Assembly (NCBI GenBank): GCA_963733095.1
Contig: CAVTBV010000012.1
Coordinates: forward strand, 320,001-384,000
Direction of reading: 5' to 3'
Length of the DNA: 64,000 bases
Origin: Candidatus Bathyarchaeota archaeon
GTDB taxonomy: Archaea > Thermoproteota > Bathyarchaeia > Bathyarchaeales > Bathycorpusculaceae
Part shown: positions 1-11,163 of the stretch, one piece after another
Position numbering within the stretch: the stretch's first letter is position 1
How the letters are laid out: every line of letters begins with the position of its first letter
Program-made: the position numbers and the translations under genes
The notes under the pieces: model-generated
What the model was told of the DNA's origin: nothing
What the model saw: the letters and a program-made list of their open reading frames with translations, nothing else
Database searches by the model: none

Positions 1-269
1 ATTTCAGGAGAAATATCCGTCGCAGTTACAGTGTAACCCATCTGCAACAGCTTACCCGTTAAGTTGCCAGTGCCTGCTCCAACGTCCAGCGCGTTTTTTT
101 GGTTGTTTGTGATTTGTGAGTCGATGTTTCTTAGTTTGGCAGTGATTCTTTTTTGTTCTTGCCGGGCATAGACTTCGGGGTGGAGCATTTCGTAGTATTT
201 TGCTTCGAAGCGGTGGACTGTGATGTTGGCTTGGTGAATTTGTTCTTTTAGTGTTGGAGTGTCGGGCAT
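1..269 (-). CDS. Class I SAM-dependent methyltransferase (partial, runs off the window start)
   Basis: Not in the ORF track. Manual translation from ATG 269 gives MPDTPTLKEQ...NALDVGAGTGNLTGKLLQMGYTVTATDISPE, with motif I LDVGAGTG and an acidic D after beta2. Confidence 0.85.
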   Translation of the reverse strand, partial: MPDTPTLKEQIHQANITVHRFEAKYYEMLHPEVYARQEQKRITAKLRNIDSQITNNQKNALDVGAGTGNLTGKLLQMGYTVTATDISPE

Positions 270-397
270 TTGTTTGGCGCCTCGCTTGGCGGGTGCTTTG
301 AAGGTTATGGTGTTTTCGAATTAATATACAGTTTGAAAAGTAATGCTTAAAAATTGAACAAAAAAATAAAAGGGGAAGGATTTTGTTCCTTGATTGT

Positions 398-3307
398 TTA
401 TGGTCGTTTCCTGAGAACCAATATTATGACTGCGCCTATGATAGCGACGAAAACGAATAGGCCCGCGATTGCTGGAACAAAGTATTGATCAGACATCGTT
501 GGCGCCGAAGTAGGTACTGGCGAAGCAGTTGGATGCTCATCCATCACGTTGAATGCAGTTGTTGCTGATGATGGCCAGTAAGCGTTGGTGCCCGCAAAAG
601 TCGAAACGACATTGTACGTACCAGAAATGTCAGGCGTCCACACAAGGCTGTATGCTCCAGTGTAGTCAGTTGTAGCAGTACCAATGCTTCGATAGTTCCC
701 GTTAGAGTCCACAACGTTCACTGCGACGTCAACGCCCGCAAAGTTGCTTGGAAGAGGCTTCTGCTGATAAACATACCCCATCCAGTCCTTCATAATCGAG
801 TCAGCCGCAACAGGAACACCATAGGGGAAGTCTGCTGCCTGCTGAGCTTGCTTTGTGCCTGCAGAGATATCCAAGACCGTACCGCGAATCACAACTGGCT
901 GGCCGGAAGCGGCTGCCAAGTCAGGTGCCGAAACCGTCAGAGCGCTGGGGCCTCTGCCTATGCTGTAGATGTTGTTGTCAAGACCGTTCATGCATGTTAA
1001 GTAGCCGTCTGCAACAGCCCAAGCACTACCGGGGCTAGACCACTCACTGGGATAACCAGAAAGCTGCCAAATCAACTCACCAGTAGTCGCGTTAAGAGCA
1101 GTATACGTACAGCCCTTGTAGAGCGGATTAGGTATCGTGTGCTCATTAGTCGCCAAATAGATCACACCGCCAGCAATCGACTGAATAAACGTCGGATAAT
1201 GCCCATACGAAAGAGACAAGCCAGCATTAGTACTGTTGCCCTCACCATCATTACCCCAAGTCCACTTCAATTGTCCAGTTACAATATCGTAGGCATAGCA
1301 TGTACCAGAAAATCCACTGGTATAGAGGTTGCCGTAAGCAGGAACACTAAGCATAGTATTGCCAACACCATAGTAGTCAAAGTCAGATTGACGCGGAGTC
1401 GTGTACAAAAGACTGCCAGTATCCAAACTGTACGCTACCCAATTGAGTGTTTCCTCATAGTTAAAGTAGAAGACACGGTTCTGGAAGTCAGTTGCTCCAT
1501 TCGCATAAGTAATGTTGCCTGGTACGGGATCATATGTCTTCATCCAAAGAATCGAACCAACAGCTCCGCGAGATGCGTTGAGGTTGACAGTGAACATCGT
1601 GTAAGGATTTTGTATGCCGCCGTTGCTGTTTCCTTTGAAGCCAACAGGCAGGGAGCCGTTTCTGCAAAGCATCACATCGCCATAGCTAGCTGCAACTATT
1701 GTAGCTGGGTTTGTTCCTGCAGGTGGTGTTGTTAGTAGTCCTGTGGTTGTACTGTATGTTGGCGCTAAAGGCATAGTGTTGAGCCATGGCAATGAATAGT
1801 TCCAGTCATAAGTAGTAATTCCCTGACCTGCAACACCTATTCCTCCCCGTTGTCCGCCAATAGTGCTGATGTTGATTGGTATGTTTGCGTTGACCGTTAT
1901 CGTTGAGCCGTATGGTACTGAGGCGGGGGTTCCGTTTGGATTAGTGGCTGAAGCTGGTACATTCGGGTTAATTGGAATATTTGAGATTATGACACCATTG
2001 CTTGCGTTGATGACTGATGGGTTGAAACTTCCGCCACCTGTGTATGGGTTAACATCGTATTGCCACAGTTTACTTGAATTCCACTCAGATAGATACCATT
2101 GTGGGTTTGCATTTGTGCCTGCGTTGCTAATTACATATCTAATTTGCTCGCCCGTGGGACCTGCTACTGCGGTTCCTGTGGGAACATTGGTTACATTGAA
2201 CATTGGTTCTCCTGTATATGCGTCAAAAGCTCTTGCAAAGTTGGTTGTAAATAGTATTGGTGGGAAAGTTCCATGCTGGTCACCGTTCCAAAGGTTGTAT
2301 ATGTAGCCAAATGATAGCGGGGGTACATCACTTCGGGACCACAATACCTGTCCTGTTCGGAGGTCAACTGCAGTTTCTGGTCCGCTGTTTGGTGCTGTGA
2401 AGGATTTTGTTTCTGTGTAGAAGAGGACTCCGCTGATAATTATTGGATTGCTGAATCTTGGTTCGTATGAACTACCCTCAAAATACTGGACTCCTTGAAC
2501 CGCACCACTGGGGTTTGTGCCTCCTTCAACGAAGGGATTGCCGCCTACTACTCCTCCAAATTGAAGCGGTCTTGTCCACATAATGTGAGAAGTCAAAGGT
2601 CCAACACCATCGGGCACGTAGAGTCTGTTGCTGGTGTAGCCGCTTAGAACTGGTGACCCTGAGCCTAGCCAGTTGGATGAGATTATCCACCAGTCTGTGC
2701 CTTCACCGTAAATTGGGTGTGTCCAGTAACTGGTTGGAAGCGGTGAACTGCCTAAAGCTGCAGGTATTGGATCTTGCTGCACAGTAAGCGTTGTGGATGC
2801 AGAGCTGCCTAAATAGGAGTCGCCGATCAGAATCGATTTTTCGTAACCGTTGCCATTCTCGCCATAGACTTGTCCGGGATAAGTGAAGTTGAAGGTGTAG
2901 GTGCCGACTTGATCTGGAGCGAATTTAGTAAATTGCGATGATGTAGTGTCTGTTACAACGGCAAAAGTCTGATGTGTAACTGCCCCGTCAGGTGCAGTAA
3001 TGTCAAGCTGATAGTTGTGGAATCTATAGAAGTTTGCCGTCAATGCTGCGCTAGCTGTAGAGGCATTTGTGCCTATGACCGCAGTTGCTCCACCTGCAAC
3101 TCCATAAACAGCGTCGAGCCACATGTAAACGTGTACTTCTTGGCCGACACCTACTGGGTCAGGTGCAGCAACAATATAGGCGTATGTTGGAATATTCCAT
3201 CCAGGTGTGTGCGCGTCAGCAGTTGGTATTAGTGTAATTGAAGCTGCCATTGAAATTGCCAGAATCAAAGCGATAGAAATTGCCAAAGTTTTATCTACAT
3301 TTTGCAT
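398..3307 (-). CDS. Secreted membrane-anchored PQQ-like beta-propeller/Ig-domain surface protein, paralog 1
   Basis: ORF 398..3346; likely start MQNVDK at 3307 (AAGGAG RBS upstream). Signal peptide ADA|HTP, propeller-type repeats (DLRTGQVLW, NATTGELIW), C-terminal Ig-like region, TM helix, RKRP tail. Confidence 0.8.
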   Translation of the reverse strand: MQNVDKTLAISIALILAISMAASITLIPTADAHTPGWNIPTYAYIVAAPDPVGVGQEVHVYMWLDAVYGVAGGATAVIGTNASTASAALTANFYRFHNYQLDITAPDGAVTHQTFAVVTDTTSSQFTKFAPDQVGTYTFNFTYPGQVYGENGNGYEKSILIGDSYLGSSASTTLTVQQDPIPAALGSSPLPTSYWTHPIYGEGTDWWIISSNWLGSGSPVLSGYTSNRLYVPDGVGPLTSHIMWTRPLQFGGVVGGNPFVEGGTNPSGAVQGVQYFEGSSYEPRFSNPIIISGVLFYTETKSFTAPNSGPETAVDLRTGQVLWSRSDVPPLSFGYIYNLWNGDQHGTFPPILFTTNFARAFDAYTGEPMFNVTNVPTGTAVAGPTGEQIRYVISNAGTNANPQWYLSEWNSSKLWQYDVNPYTGGGSFNPSVINASNGVIISNIPINPNVPASATNPNGTPASVPYGSTITVNANIPINISTIGGQRGGIGVAGQGITTYDWNYSLPWLNTMPLAPTYSTTTGLLTTPPAGTNPATIVAASYGDVMLCRNGSLPVGFKGNSNGGIQNPYTMFTVNLNASRGAVGSILWMKTYDPVPGNITYANGATDFQNRVFYFNYEETLNWVAYSLDTGSLLYTTPRQSDFDYYGVGNTMLSVPAYGNLYTSGFSGTCYAYDIVTGQLKWTWGNDGEGNSTNAGLSLSYGHYPTFIQSIAGGVIYLATNEHTIPNPLYKGCTYTALNATTGELIWQLSGYPSEWSSPGSAWAVADGYLTCMNGLDNNIYSIGRGPSALTVSAPDLAAASGQPVVIRGTVLDISAGTKQAQQAADFPYGVPVAADSIMKDWMGYVYQQKPLPSNFAGVDVAVNVVDSNGNYRSIGTATTDYTGAYSLVWTPDISGTYNVVSTFAGTNAYWPSSATTAFNVMDEHPTASPVPTSAPTMSDQYFVPAIAGLFVFVAIIGAVIILVLRKRP

Positions 3308-3578
3308 TTTATTTTTTCTCCTTATTCTGTGCTTGTCAGGTTTCAATGAATTTGCTTAAATATTTTTCCGATATCCATGCGTTTATCTCTAAGAAAAACA
3401 TTAATATCGATTTATTGCAGTAGTGCGAAACGCTTTAACGAGTCATTTGAAATGGGCTTTCAATTCTCAAGTACTCACTAAAAAACTGTTTTAAACAATT
3501 AGAAGTGTGACAAATTAACGCATTATTAGCTATAAAATAAAATAATAAAAAGGGAAGTGGTTTATCCACTTGCTTGGT

Positions 3579-6497
3579 TTATGGGTGTTTTCTGAGCATC
3601 AGCATAGCTAGTACAACGCCGACTATCACTATTGCGACGATTATACCAACTATTCCTGGCAGAATGTATGTGTCAGCCATTGATGGCGCTGCGGTTGGTG
3701 CAGGTGATGCGGTTGGGTGTGCTTCCATCACGTTAAATGATGTCATCATTGATGATGGCCAGTATGCGTTGGTGCCTGCAAAAGTTGCAATAACTGTGTA
3801 GTCGCCAGCGATGTCAGGTGTCCAGGTTAGGCTGTAGGTACCGCTCGAAGTGGTCATTGCTGTTCCGATGATTCGTTGGTTGCCGTTTGAGTCGATTACG
3901 CTGATTGTCACTGGAACTCCGGAAAAGTTGGTTGGAAGTGGCATTTGCTGGTACACATAGCCCATCCAATCGGTCATGCTTGCATCAGATGCAACTGGAA
4001 CTCCGTTGGGGAAGTCTGCTGCTTGTTGGCTTTGCTGTGTGCCTGCAGAGATGTCGGTTACTGTTCCACGTATCACAACTGGCTGTCCAGATGCTGCTGA
4101 CAGGTCTGGTGCGGTAACAGTTAGTTGGCTTGGTCCTCGGCCCACGCTGTAGACTTGTTGGTCGTAGCCGTTCATCATCGTTAAGTAGCCGTCTGAGGTT
4201 GCCCATTCAGTTCCAGCGGTTGCCCACTCGCTGGGGTAGTCTGAGAGCTTCCATATTTCTTCTCCTGTGGTTGCGTTAAGAGCGGTTACCATTGCTCCTT
4301 TGTAGATTGGGTTAGGCACTGTGTGTTCATTGGTGGCTTCGTATATTACTCCGTTGGAGATTGATTGTATCTGGGTTGGGTAGTTGCCGTAGAAGACGTT
4401 AAAGCCTGCGTTGGTGCTGTTGCCTTCGCCGCCGTTTCCGTATGTCCAGTCTAGATTACCAGTTAAAACGTTGTAGGCGTAGGTTATGCCTGAGAACGAA
4501 GCGACGTAGAGGTGTCCGTATGCGATGACGCCGAGAAGGGTTGGTTGTCCTGGGTTACCATAGTAGTCGAAAGGTGCTTGGGATGCGGTTGGACCCCATA
4601 GTTTTTCTCCGGTATCTAAACTGTATCCTACCCACTGCATAGTTTCCTGATAGCTGAAGGTGAAGACACGATTCACGAAGTCAGTTGGTTCTGCTACTAC
4701 TGAGACGTTGCCTGCTGGCGGATCATATGTCTTTGTCCAGAGTACCGTACCGACTTCGCCTTTAGATGCGTTGAGGTTGACCGCGAAGTATGTATAGGGG
4801 GACTGGCGTGTGCCTGTTCCGGTTGCTGCGAAGCCTGTTGGTAGGAAGCCGCTTCTGCAAAGCATTACATCATTATAGTTGATTGCTATGATGGAGGGTG
4901 CTGGACTCATGGTGTTAGCCCAATCCATTGACTTGTTCCAGTCGTAAGTGGTGATTGCTTGAGCATACTTACCTGTCAATCCGAGGGTTTCGTCGGTAAT
5001 GGGTATGCTTGCATTGACAATCAGTGTGGATCCATATGGGGTAAAGATGGTTGATGGAATACTTCCGGGTGGTAGTGTGCCAGTTACACCTGTGATTGGA
5101 AGAGGTAGCTGTTGGATTAGAGCTCCGTTGCTTGCATTGATGATTGAGGGTGATAGACTACCGCCGCCTGTGTATGGGTTAACGTCGTAAAGCCAAAGTT
5201 TGGATGAGTTCCACTCAGACAAATAATAAGCTGGATGTGCCGCAGTGCCTGTGTTTACCAAGTTATACTTTAACAGTTCACCGCTTGGACCCATAACTGT
5301 AGTACCTCCGGGAACAGCAGTTACGTTGAATAGCGGAAGGCCAGTGTTTGCATCGTACAAATTCCAATTGCCTGATACAACTGCAACTAATATTGCTGGG
5401 TAGACTCCGTGTTGGTCAGGGTCCCAAAGGTTGTATAGGTAGCCAAATGACAATTGAGGTATGTTTTGGTTGCTCCAAATTTCTTTTCCTGTGCGAAGGT
5501 CAATAGCCACTGTTGGACCAGTTGAGCTGCCACCCATGATTGGAGATCCTGTGAATGATGCAGTTTCAGTGTAGTAGAGTATTCCCTGGATTATTATCGG
5601 ATAGTAGAATCTTGGTGCATACGATGAGCCTTCGAAGTATCCCACTCCGTAAGCATCTGAGTTAGGATCTGAGCCGCCTGCTTGGAACTGGTTTCCTCCG
5701 ACAGCGCCTCCGAACTGGAGCGGTCTTGTCCACATAACGTGAGAGGTTAGAGGTCCTATTGCATCTTGATGGTACATATTAGCTTGTCCACCACTGCTAC
5801 TCCAGCCTCCTACTGCGGGTGAACCATAACCTAACCAGTTGGATGAGATTGTCCACCAGTCGGTATTCTCGCCGTAGATTGGGCGTGCCCAATAAGCGGT
5901 TGGAAGTGGATTACTGGTTTTAGCTGCGGGTATTGGATCCTGCTGGACGGTAAGTGTTGTCTGTGCAGAACTTGGTAGATAGGTGTCGTTAACTAGCAAT
6001 GATTTTTCGTAGCCGTTACCGTTGGCACCATAGACCTGGCCTGGAAAACTGAATTGTAGGGTGTACGTACCGAGTTGGTCAGGAGTCATTATGACGTATT
6101 GTGATGATGTTGTATCTGAAATTATGGGGAAAATCTGTGTTGTAACTGATCCGTCAGGTTTTATTATGGTAAAATTATAATTGTGGAATCGATAGCTGTT
6201 TGCAAGCAAACCTGCACTGGCAGTAGAACCATTAGTTGGATTGGCTGCAACTGTTCCGCCTGCTGCACCGTAAACGCAGTCAAGCCACATGTAGACATGA
6301 GCTGATTGGCCAACACCTATAGGGTCAGGCGCTGCAACAATGTAGGCGTATGTTGGAATATTCCATGGAACGTTATCTGGAGAAGCTAATCCTGGACCGT
6401 GTGCATAAACATCGGGCATAAGAATCATTGAGGATAACATTGAAATTGACAAAATCAAAGCGATTAAAATAGCCATAGTTTTATTTACATTTTGCAT
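3579..6497 (-). CDS. PQQ-like beta-propeller surface protein, paralog 2
   Basis: ORF 3579..6638; likely start MQNVNK at 6497 (AAGGAG RBS). VYA|HGP. Very similar to paralog 1 (WNIPTYAYIVAAPDP, NEHT.PNP). TM helix plus RKHP. Confidence 0.8.
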   Translation of the reverse strand: MQNVNKTMAILIALILSISMLSSMILMPDVYAHGPGLASPDNVPWNIPTYAYIVAAPDPIGVGQSAHVYMWLDCVYGAAGGTVAANPTNGSTASAGLLANSYRFHNYNFTIIKPDGSVTTQIFPIISDTTSSQYVIMTPDQLGTYTLQFSFPGQVYGANGNGYEKSLLVNDTYLPSSAQTTLTVQQDPIPAAKTSNPLPTAYWARPIYGENTDWWTISSNWLGYGSPAVGGWSSSGGQANMYHQDAIGPLTSHVMWTRPLQFGGAVGGNQFQAGGSDPNSDAYGVGYFEGSSYAPRFYYPIIIQGILYYTETASFTGSPIMGGSSTGPTVAIDLRTGKEIWSNQNIPQLSFGYLYNLWDPDQHGVYPAILVAVVSGNWNLYDANTGLPLFNVTAVPGGTTVMGPSGELLKYNLVNTGTAAHPAYYLSEWNSSKLWLYDVNPYTGGGSLSPSIINASNGALIQQLPLPITGVTGTLPPGSIPSTIFTPYGSTLIVNASIPITDETLGLTGKYAQAITTYDWNKSMDWANTMSPAPSIIAINYNDVMLCRSGFLPTGFAATGTGTRQSPYTYFAVNLNASKGEVGTVLWTKTYDPPAGNVSVVAEPTDFVNRVFTFSYQETMQWVGYSLDTGEKLWGPTASQAPFDYYGNPGQPTLLGVIAYGHLYVASFSGITYAYNVLTGNLDWTYGNGGEGNSTNAGFNVFYGNYPTQIQSISNGVIYEATNEHTVPNPIYKGAMVTALNATTGEEIWKLSDYPSEWATAGTEWATSDGYLTMMNGYDQQVYSVGRGPSQLTVTAPDLSAASGQPVVIRGTVTDISAGTQQSQQAADFPNGVPVASDASMTDWMGYVYQQMPLPTNFSGVPVTISVIDSNGNQRIIGTAMTTSSGTYSLTWTPDIAGDYTVIATFAGTNAYWPSSMMTSFNVMEAHPTASPAPTAAPSMADTYILPGIVGIIVAIVIVGVVLAMLMLRKHP

Positions 6498-6734
6498 TTT
6501 TTTCTTTCTCCTTATTTCTGTAACCAAAATCCATGCCGGAGTTAACTTATAAACATATCTTATATCGAAATTCAACCCATAAATTTGGGGTGAAACATCG
6601 CCAAGAAAGTTCAGGAGTGGCTTCATTTTTTGTTTCAATTTTGCTGTTTTCCGTTATTTGGGGTGTTTTTGCATTTTGTGCGAAACGTTTAAGCATTAAG
6701 CACTACCTTTTTGAAGAACAAATAGTGACTAGAC

Positions 6735-8120
6735 ATGAAGCCCCAGGTAACCTTGGTTAATCCTGCTGCGCCAGTTGGTGCTGCAATGCACATGCCCTTT
6801 GCACTCTTGGGCTTAGGCTATTTAGCTGCAATCTTAGAGAAAAACCACTACCAAGTCGACGTAATCGATTGCCAACTTCTAAAGTTCTCTTTGGATGATT
6901 TCAGGAGCGAGATTAGCAAGCGTCAACCAAACATCGTCGGGGTGACATCGTCTACCCTCACCTATCAATCAGCACTTAAACTGGTAAAGATAGCAAAAGA
7001 GATTTGCCCAAACTGCATAACTGTTGCTGGCGGTCCGCATGTTACGTTCTGGGATGACAAAGCACTCGAAGAATGTCCAGAACTAGACATTGTTGTTAGA
7101 AGAGAAGGAGAGAACACGATGCTGGAGCTGGTGCAGAAAATCGAGGCAGAAAAAAGTTACGATGACGTTTTGGGCACTACCGTGAGAAAAGACGGTAAAA
7201 TCGTAAAAAACCCAGATAGACCTTACATCGAGGACTTGGACAGTTTACCCTTTCCAGCACGCCATCTCTGGCCCATGGAGCGTCTTCGAGAATACGAAGA
7301 CATTCTCTATTTGGCGGCAAGCAGAGGCTGTGTGTACTGGTGTGAATTCTGTACAACCGTACGGATGCATGGGCGAAAATACCGTATGCGAAGCCCCCAA
7401 AACGTGGTGGACGAGTTAGAATTTCTGCATAAGACTTATGGAGTGAAAAAATTCACTTTCTGCGACGACGCGTTTACGGTGGACCAGCCTAGAACTGAAG
7501 TACTTTGCAACGAAATTCTGCAACGCGGTTTAAAGATTGAATGGAACTGTGGAACGCGCGTAGACATGATAACCAAAGAGCTACTAGCGAAGATGAAAGA
7601 TGCTGGATGCATCTCCGTTTGGTTTGGTGTTGAGTCGGGCACTCAGCAGGTTTTGGATGCGATGAAAAAAGGAATCTCTCCTGAACTAACGATTAAGGTT
7701 TTGGGGTGGGTTCGAGAGCTTGGTTTGAAGCCTGTTCCAAACGTTATTCTTGGTTTCCCAGGAGAGACAAAGAAGACCGCGTGGAAAACCATCAAATTCG
7801 TTGAAAAAATTGCGCCTGACGATGTGGGCTTCTATAATGTTGCTACCCCCTTTCCAGGCACACCAATGTATGACATGGTTAAGGAGAAGGGATGGCTTAG
7901 AGTAACCGATTTTGACATGTACGACACTACGCACCCGATTTTTGAAACCCCTCAGCTTAGCATGAAAGAGTTGGGTAAGCTCCGGGAAGGGGCATTCCAC
8001 CATTATTATCTGCGTAGGGCATTCTTTTTCAGCAAGAAAAGAAGGTTCAAGGTATCTACTGCCATGATTGTGGCTGCCAACGTCATTGCTGATATTAAGT
8101 TAAAGCTGAGAAGAAAATAG
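6735..8120 (+). CDS. Cobalamin-binding radical SAM enzyme (class B methyltransferase/BchE-like)
   Basis: N-terminal B12-binding domain (LGLGYLAA...GGPH...GE), SRGCVYWCEFC, FGVESG, GFPGET. Confidence 0.9.
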   Translation: MKPQVTLVNPAAPVGAAMHMPFALLGLGYLAAILEKNHYQVDVIDCQLLKFSLDDFRSEISKRQPNIVGVTSSTLTYQSALKLVKIAKEICPNCITVAGGPHVTFWDDKALEECPELDIVVRREGENTMLELVQKIEAEKSYDDVLGTTVRKDGKIVKNPDRPYIEDLDSLPFPARHLWPMERLREYEDILYLAASRGCVYWCEFCTTVRMHGRKYRMRSPQNVVDELEFLHKTYGVKKFTFCDDAFTVDQPRTEVLCNEILQRGLKIEWNCGTRVDMITKELLAKMKDAGCISVWFGVESGTQQVLDAMKKGISPELTIKVLGWVRELGLKPVPNVILGFPGETKKTAWKTIKFVEKIAPDDVGFYNVATPFPGTPMYDMVKEKGWLRVTDFDMYDTTHPIFETPQLSMKELGKLREGAFHHYYLRRAFFFSKKRRFKVSTAMIVAANVIADIKLKLRRK

Positions 8121-8238
8121 TTTCAGGTATTAAGTGGAGCTAATACTGGTTTTTTTATTTTTTAAAACTTGAAAATCTTGTTTTTAGATATTGACAAAAA
8201 AATAAAGGGGGATTAGATTTTTTCCCTTGGTGGTTGCA

Positions 8239-10959
8239 TCATCGTTTTCGAACCATCATCATTAGGATTGCTCCTATGATGATTATTACGATGATTATGG
8301 CTATTGCTGAAGCCAAGATGTATGTGTCAGTGTTTGTTCCTGGCGGCGCTGCTGTCGGTGCTACTGTTGGATGGGCTTCGGAAACTGCGAAAGAAGTCTC
8401 AGACCATGATGGATAGTAGCCGTTGGTACCGTGGAAAGTTGCTACGACTGTGAAGTCACCTGATATGTCAGGTACCCAGGAGAGGGTGAACATTCCTGAA
8501 GCATCTGTAGTTGCGGTGCCTATGTTTCTTGTGTTACCGTTTGAGTCTGTGACATCTATTGTTACTTGAACACCAGTGAAGTCGGTTGGCATCGGTTGCT
8601 GCTGGTAGACATATTCCATCCATCCTTTCATGCTTGCGTCAGAGGCAACTGGTACTCCGTTGGGGAATTGACCAGCTTGCTGTGTTTGAGTTGTTCCAGC
8701 AGATTTGTCCACGACTGTTCCTCGTATGACTACTGCTGCTCCAGAGTCTGCTGCAGTGTTTGGTGCTGTAACTGTTAGTTGGGTTGGTCCTTTACCGACG
8801 ACGTAGATTTGGTTGTCGTAGCCGTTTAACCATGTGTTGTAGCCGTCTGCCATTGCATAACTCATGGCTGAGAACTCGCCTGTGTATCCTGAAATTGTCC
8901 AGATTTCAGTTCCGTCAGTTGCATTAATTGCGCGTTCTAATGCGCCTTTGTAGATGGGTGTGTTGATTGTGTGTTCGGAAGCGACGAGGTATAGGACTCC
9001 GTTGCCGACTGCGTTTATGAATGTTGGGTAGTCGCCGAAAGGTGTGTTGGGGCCGCTGTTTGTGCTGTTGCCTGCGCCGCCGTTGCCGTATGTCCAGTCT
9101 AGAACGCCGGTTTGTACGTTATAGGCATACATTATTCCTGCGTATCCCATGCTGTAGAGGTGGCCATAGGCGATTTGTCCTTGGATTAGCGGAGTGATTG
9201 GGTTGCCATAGTAGTCTAGCCCTGCTTGGGATGGAGTTGGACCCCAGAGTTTGTCGCCTGTGTATAGGTTGTATCCTACCCACTGCATTGTTTGCTGGTA
9301 GCCTTCAGTGAAGACGCCCGATGTTGCATCAACGGGGCCTAATATGACTGTTAGGTTTCCTGCTGGTGCTTGAACTGTTTTGGTCCACATCAAGGAACCC
9401 ACTGCGCCTCTTGAAGCGTTAAGGTTGAGAGCAAAGTATGTGTAAGGGGCATTGCTGATGACGCTGTTTAATGCGCTAGTTTGAGTGTTGGGTAGAGTTC
9501 CACTCTGGCACAGTATCATGTTGCCAAAGAAAGCTGCGATTTGGGTGAAAGTGCTTGGTATGCCGGTTGGTAATGAGACGCTCCAGTCATAGGTTTGGCT
9601 TGCATTTCCATTGACTGTGTTGAAATAGCTGGTTGTAGATGCAGGACCGAACGGACTTGCAGGAGTTGTTACGTTAAAGTTGGTCGTGGCAGCTTGTGGT
9701 ACACCTCCTCCAACCAGTATGTTCCAATTCCATAGGCCAGATGAGTTCCATTCAGATAATAGCCCGTTTGAAATGACGTATTTGATGGTTTCACCGTTTG
9801 GACCCATTGATATGGGACCACCGCTTGGAATGTTAGTTACGTTGAATAGGTAAGTTCCTGTGTATGCGTCGTATGCTTGAGCAAAGTTGCTTGTGAACAA
9901 AATTGGCTGCATAACTCCTTTTTGGTTAGGTTGCTGACTATCATAGATGTAACCGAACGATAGCGCTCCAGCGGGTATAGCGTTGTTTTGCCAAAGTACA
10001 TTTCCAGTTTGTAGATCAACTGCGTAAGTCGGACCACCCTGTCCACTTGAATAGCCTAGTGGTGCCTGGTAGTAGAGTATTCCATCCATTATTATCGGGT
10101 TGTCGTATCGTTGAACGTACGCAGAACCCTCGAAGTAACTGTCTCCTTGAATAGCAAAGTTGTTACCTCCGACGATTCCACCCTGTTGAATCGGCTTAGT
10201 CCACATAATGTGCTGAGTCAGAGAACCAATGGCATCGCCTGGATTTCTGTTGAGTGCTCCACCGCTAAATATACTGTTTGCTCCAAAGGCACCGATGGCT
10301 CCAGATCCGGCTGAAGGTTGAACAGGCGAACCTGAACCTAGCCAGTTCGAGGAAACGGTGAACCAGTTAGAGTTGTAACCGTATATGGGGCGTGTCCAAT
10401 ATTCTGTGGGGAGCGGTGTAGTTGGATAGTAAGGTACTGAGTTTTGCTGTACTGTGAGTGTTGTTTGTGCACTGCTAGGAAGATAGGTGTCGTTAACGTA
10501 TTGTTCAGGTGTCGGTGGACCAAACAAGCCCGGTACAACAGTATCATGGCTGTATTCGTTGAATGCTTGTCCGGGGAATGTAAAGTTGAGAGTGTATTCA
10601 CCGATTTGGTCTGGAGTGAAGGAATAGGTTTGTGCTGATGTGGGGTCATTTACAATGGCAAAGTTTTGGTGTGTAACTGTTCCGTCGGGCGCGGTAATGG
10701 TGAGTTGGTAGTTGTGGAATCGGTAATCGTTTCCTAAACCAGCTGCGGGGGAAAATAGGTTGGTCAACCACATGATAACTAGCACTTGTTGACCTTGACC
10801 GGTTGGGTCAGGTGCCACGTTTATGTAAGCGTATGTTGGAAGGTCTGCAGGAGGATCATGTGCACTTGCTGTTGGTAACAGCATTAATGATGGTACCATT
10901 GCGATTGTCATAAGGATAGCAATCAAAATAGCTGCGGTTTTATTTTTTACAAAATCCAT
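8239..10959 (-). CDS. PQQ-like beta-propeller surface protein, paralog 3
   Basis: Signal ASA|HDP, family motifs (PLPTEYWTRPI, HIMWTKP, SEHTINTP, NGYDNQIY), TM helix plus RKR. Confidence 0.8.
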   Translation of the reverse strand: MDFVKNKTAAILIAILMTIAMVPSLMLLPTASAHDPPADLPTYAYINVAPDPTGQGQQVLVIMWLTNLFSPAAGLGNDYRFHNYQLTITAPDGTVTHQNFAIVNDPTSAQTYSFTPDQIGEYTLNFTFPGQAFNEYSHDTVVPGLFGPPTPEQYVNDTYLPSSAQTTLTVQQNSVPYYPTTPLPTEYWTRPIYGYNSNWFTVSSNWLGSGSPVQPSAGSGAIGAFGANSIFSGGALNRNPGDAIGSLTQHIMWTKPIQQGGIVGGNNFAIQGDSYFEGSAYVQRYDNPIIMDGILYYQAPLGYSSGQGGPTYAVDLQTGNVLWQNNAIPAGALSFGYIYDSQQPNQKGVMQPILFTSNFAQAYDAYTGTYLFNVTNIPSGGPISMGPNGETIKYVISNGLLSEWNSSGLWNWNILVGGGVPQAATTNFNVTTPASPFGPASTTSYFNTVNGNASQTYDWSVSLPTGIPSTFTQIAAFFGNMILCQSGTLPNTQTSALNSVISNAPYTYFALNLNASRGAVGSLMWTKTVQAPAGNLTVILGPVDATSGVFTEGYQQTMQWVGYNLYTGDKLWGPTPSQAGLDYYGNPITPLIQGQIAYGHLYSMGYAGIMYAYNVQTGVLDWTYGNGGAGNSTNSGPNTPFGDYPTFINAVGNGVLYLVASEHTINTPIYKGALERAINATDGTEIWTISGYTGEFSAMSYAMADGYNTWLNGYDNQIYVVGKGPTQLTVTAPNTAADSGAAVVIRGTVVDKSAGTTQTQQAGQFPNGVPVASDASMKGWMEYVYQQQPMPTDFTGVQVTIDVTDSNGNTRNIGTATTDASGMFTLSWVPDISGDFTVVATFHGTNGYYPSWSETSFAVSEAHPTVAPTAAPPGTNTDTYILASAIAIIIVIIIIGAILMMMVRKR

Positions 10960-11163
10960 TTTTTTATTCTCCTTAAAATTTATACAGAAAATCTGTTACT
11001 ATTTACGTTAGTAATCGAAGTATTTTAACATTTTTCTTTTTTGCAGCTATAAAATACAATATTTGCAATTATTCAAAGACTTACGTATAAAACCTTTCTA
11101 AGAAAGCTTTATTACCAAAATTTAAATTGATGCCTCACCATATATTCAATATTAAAGGGTTCC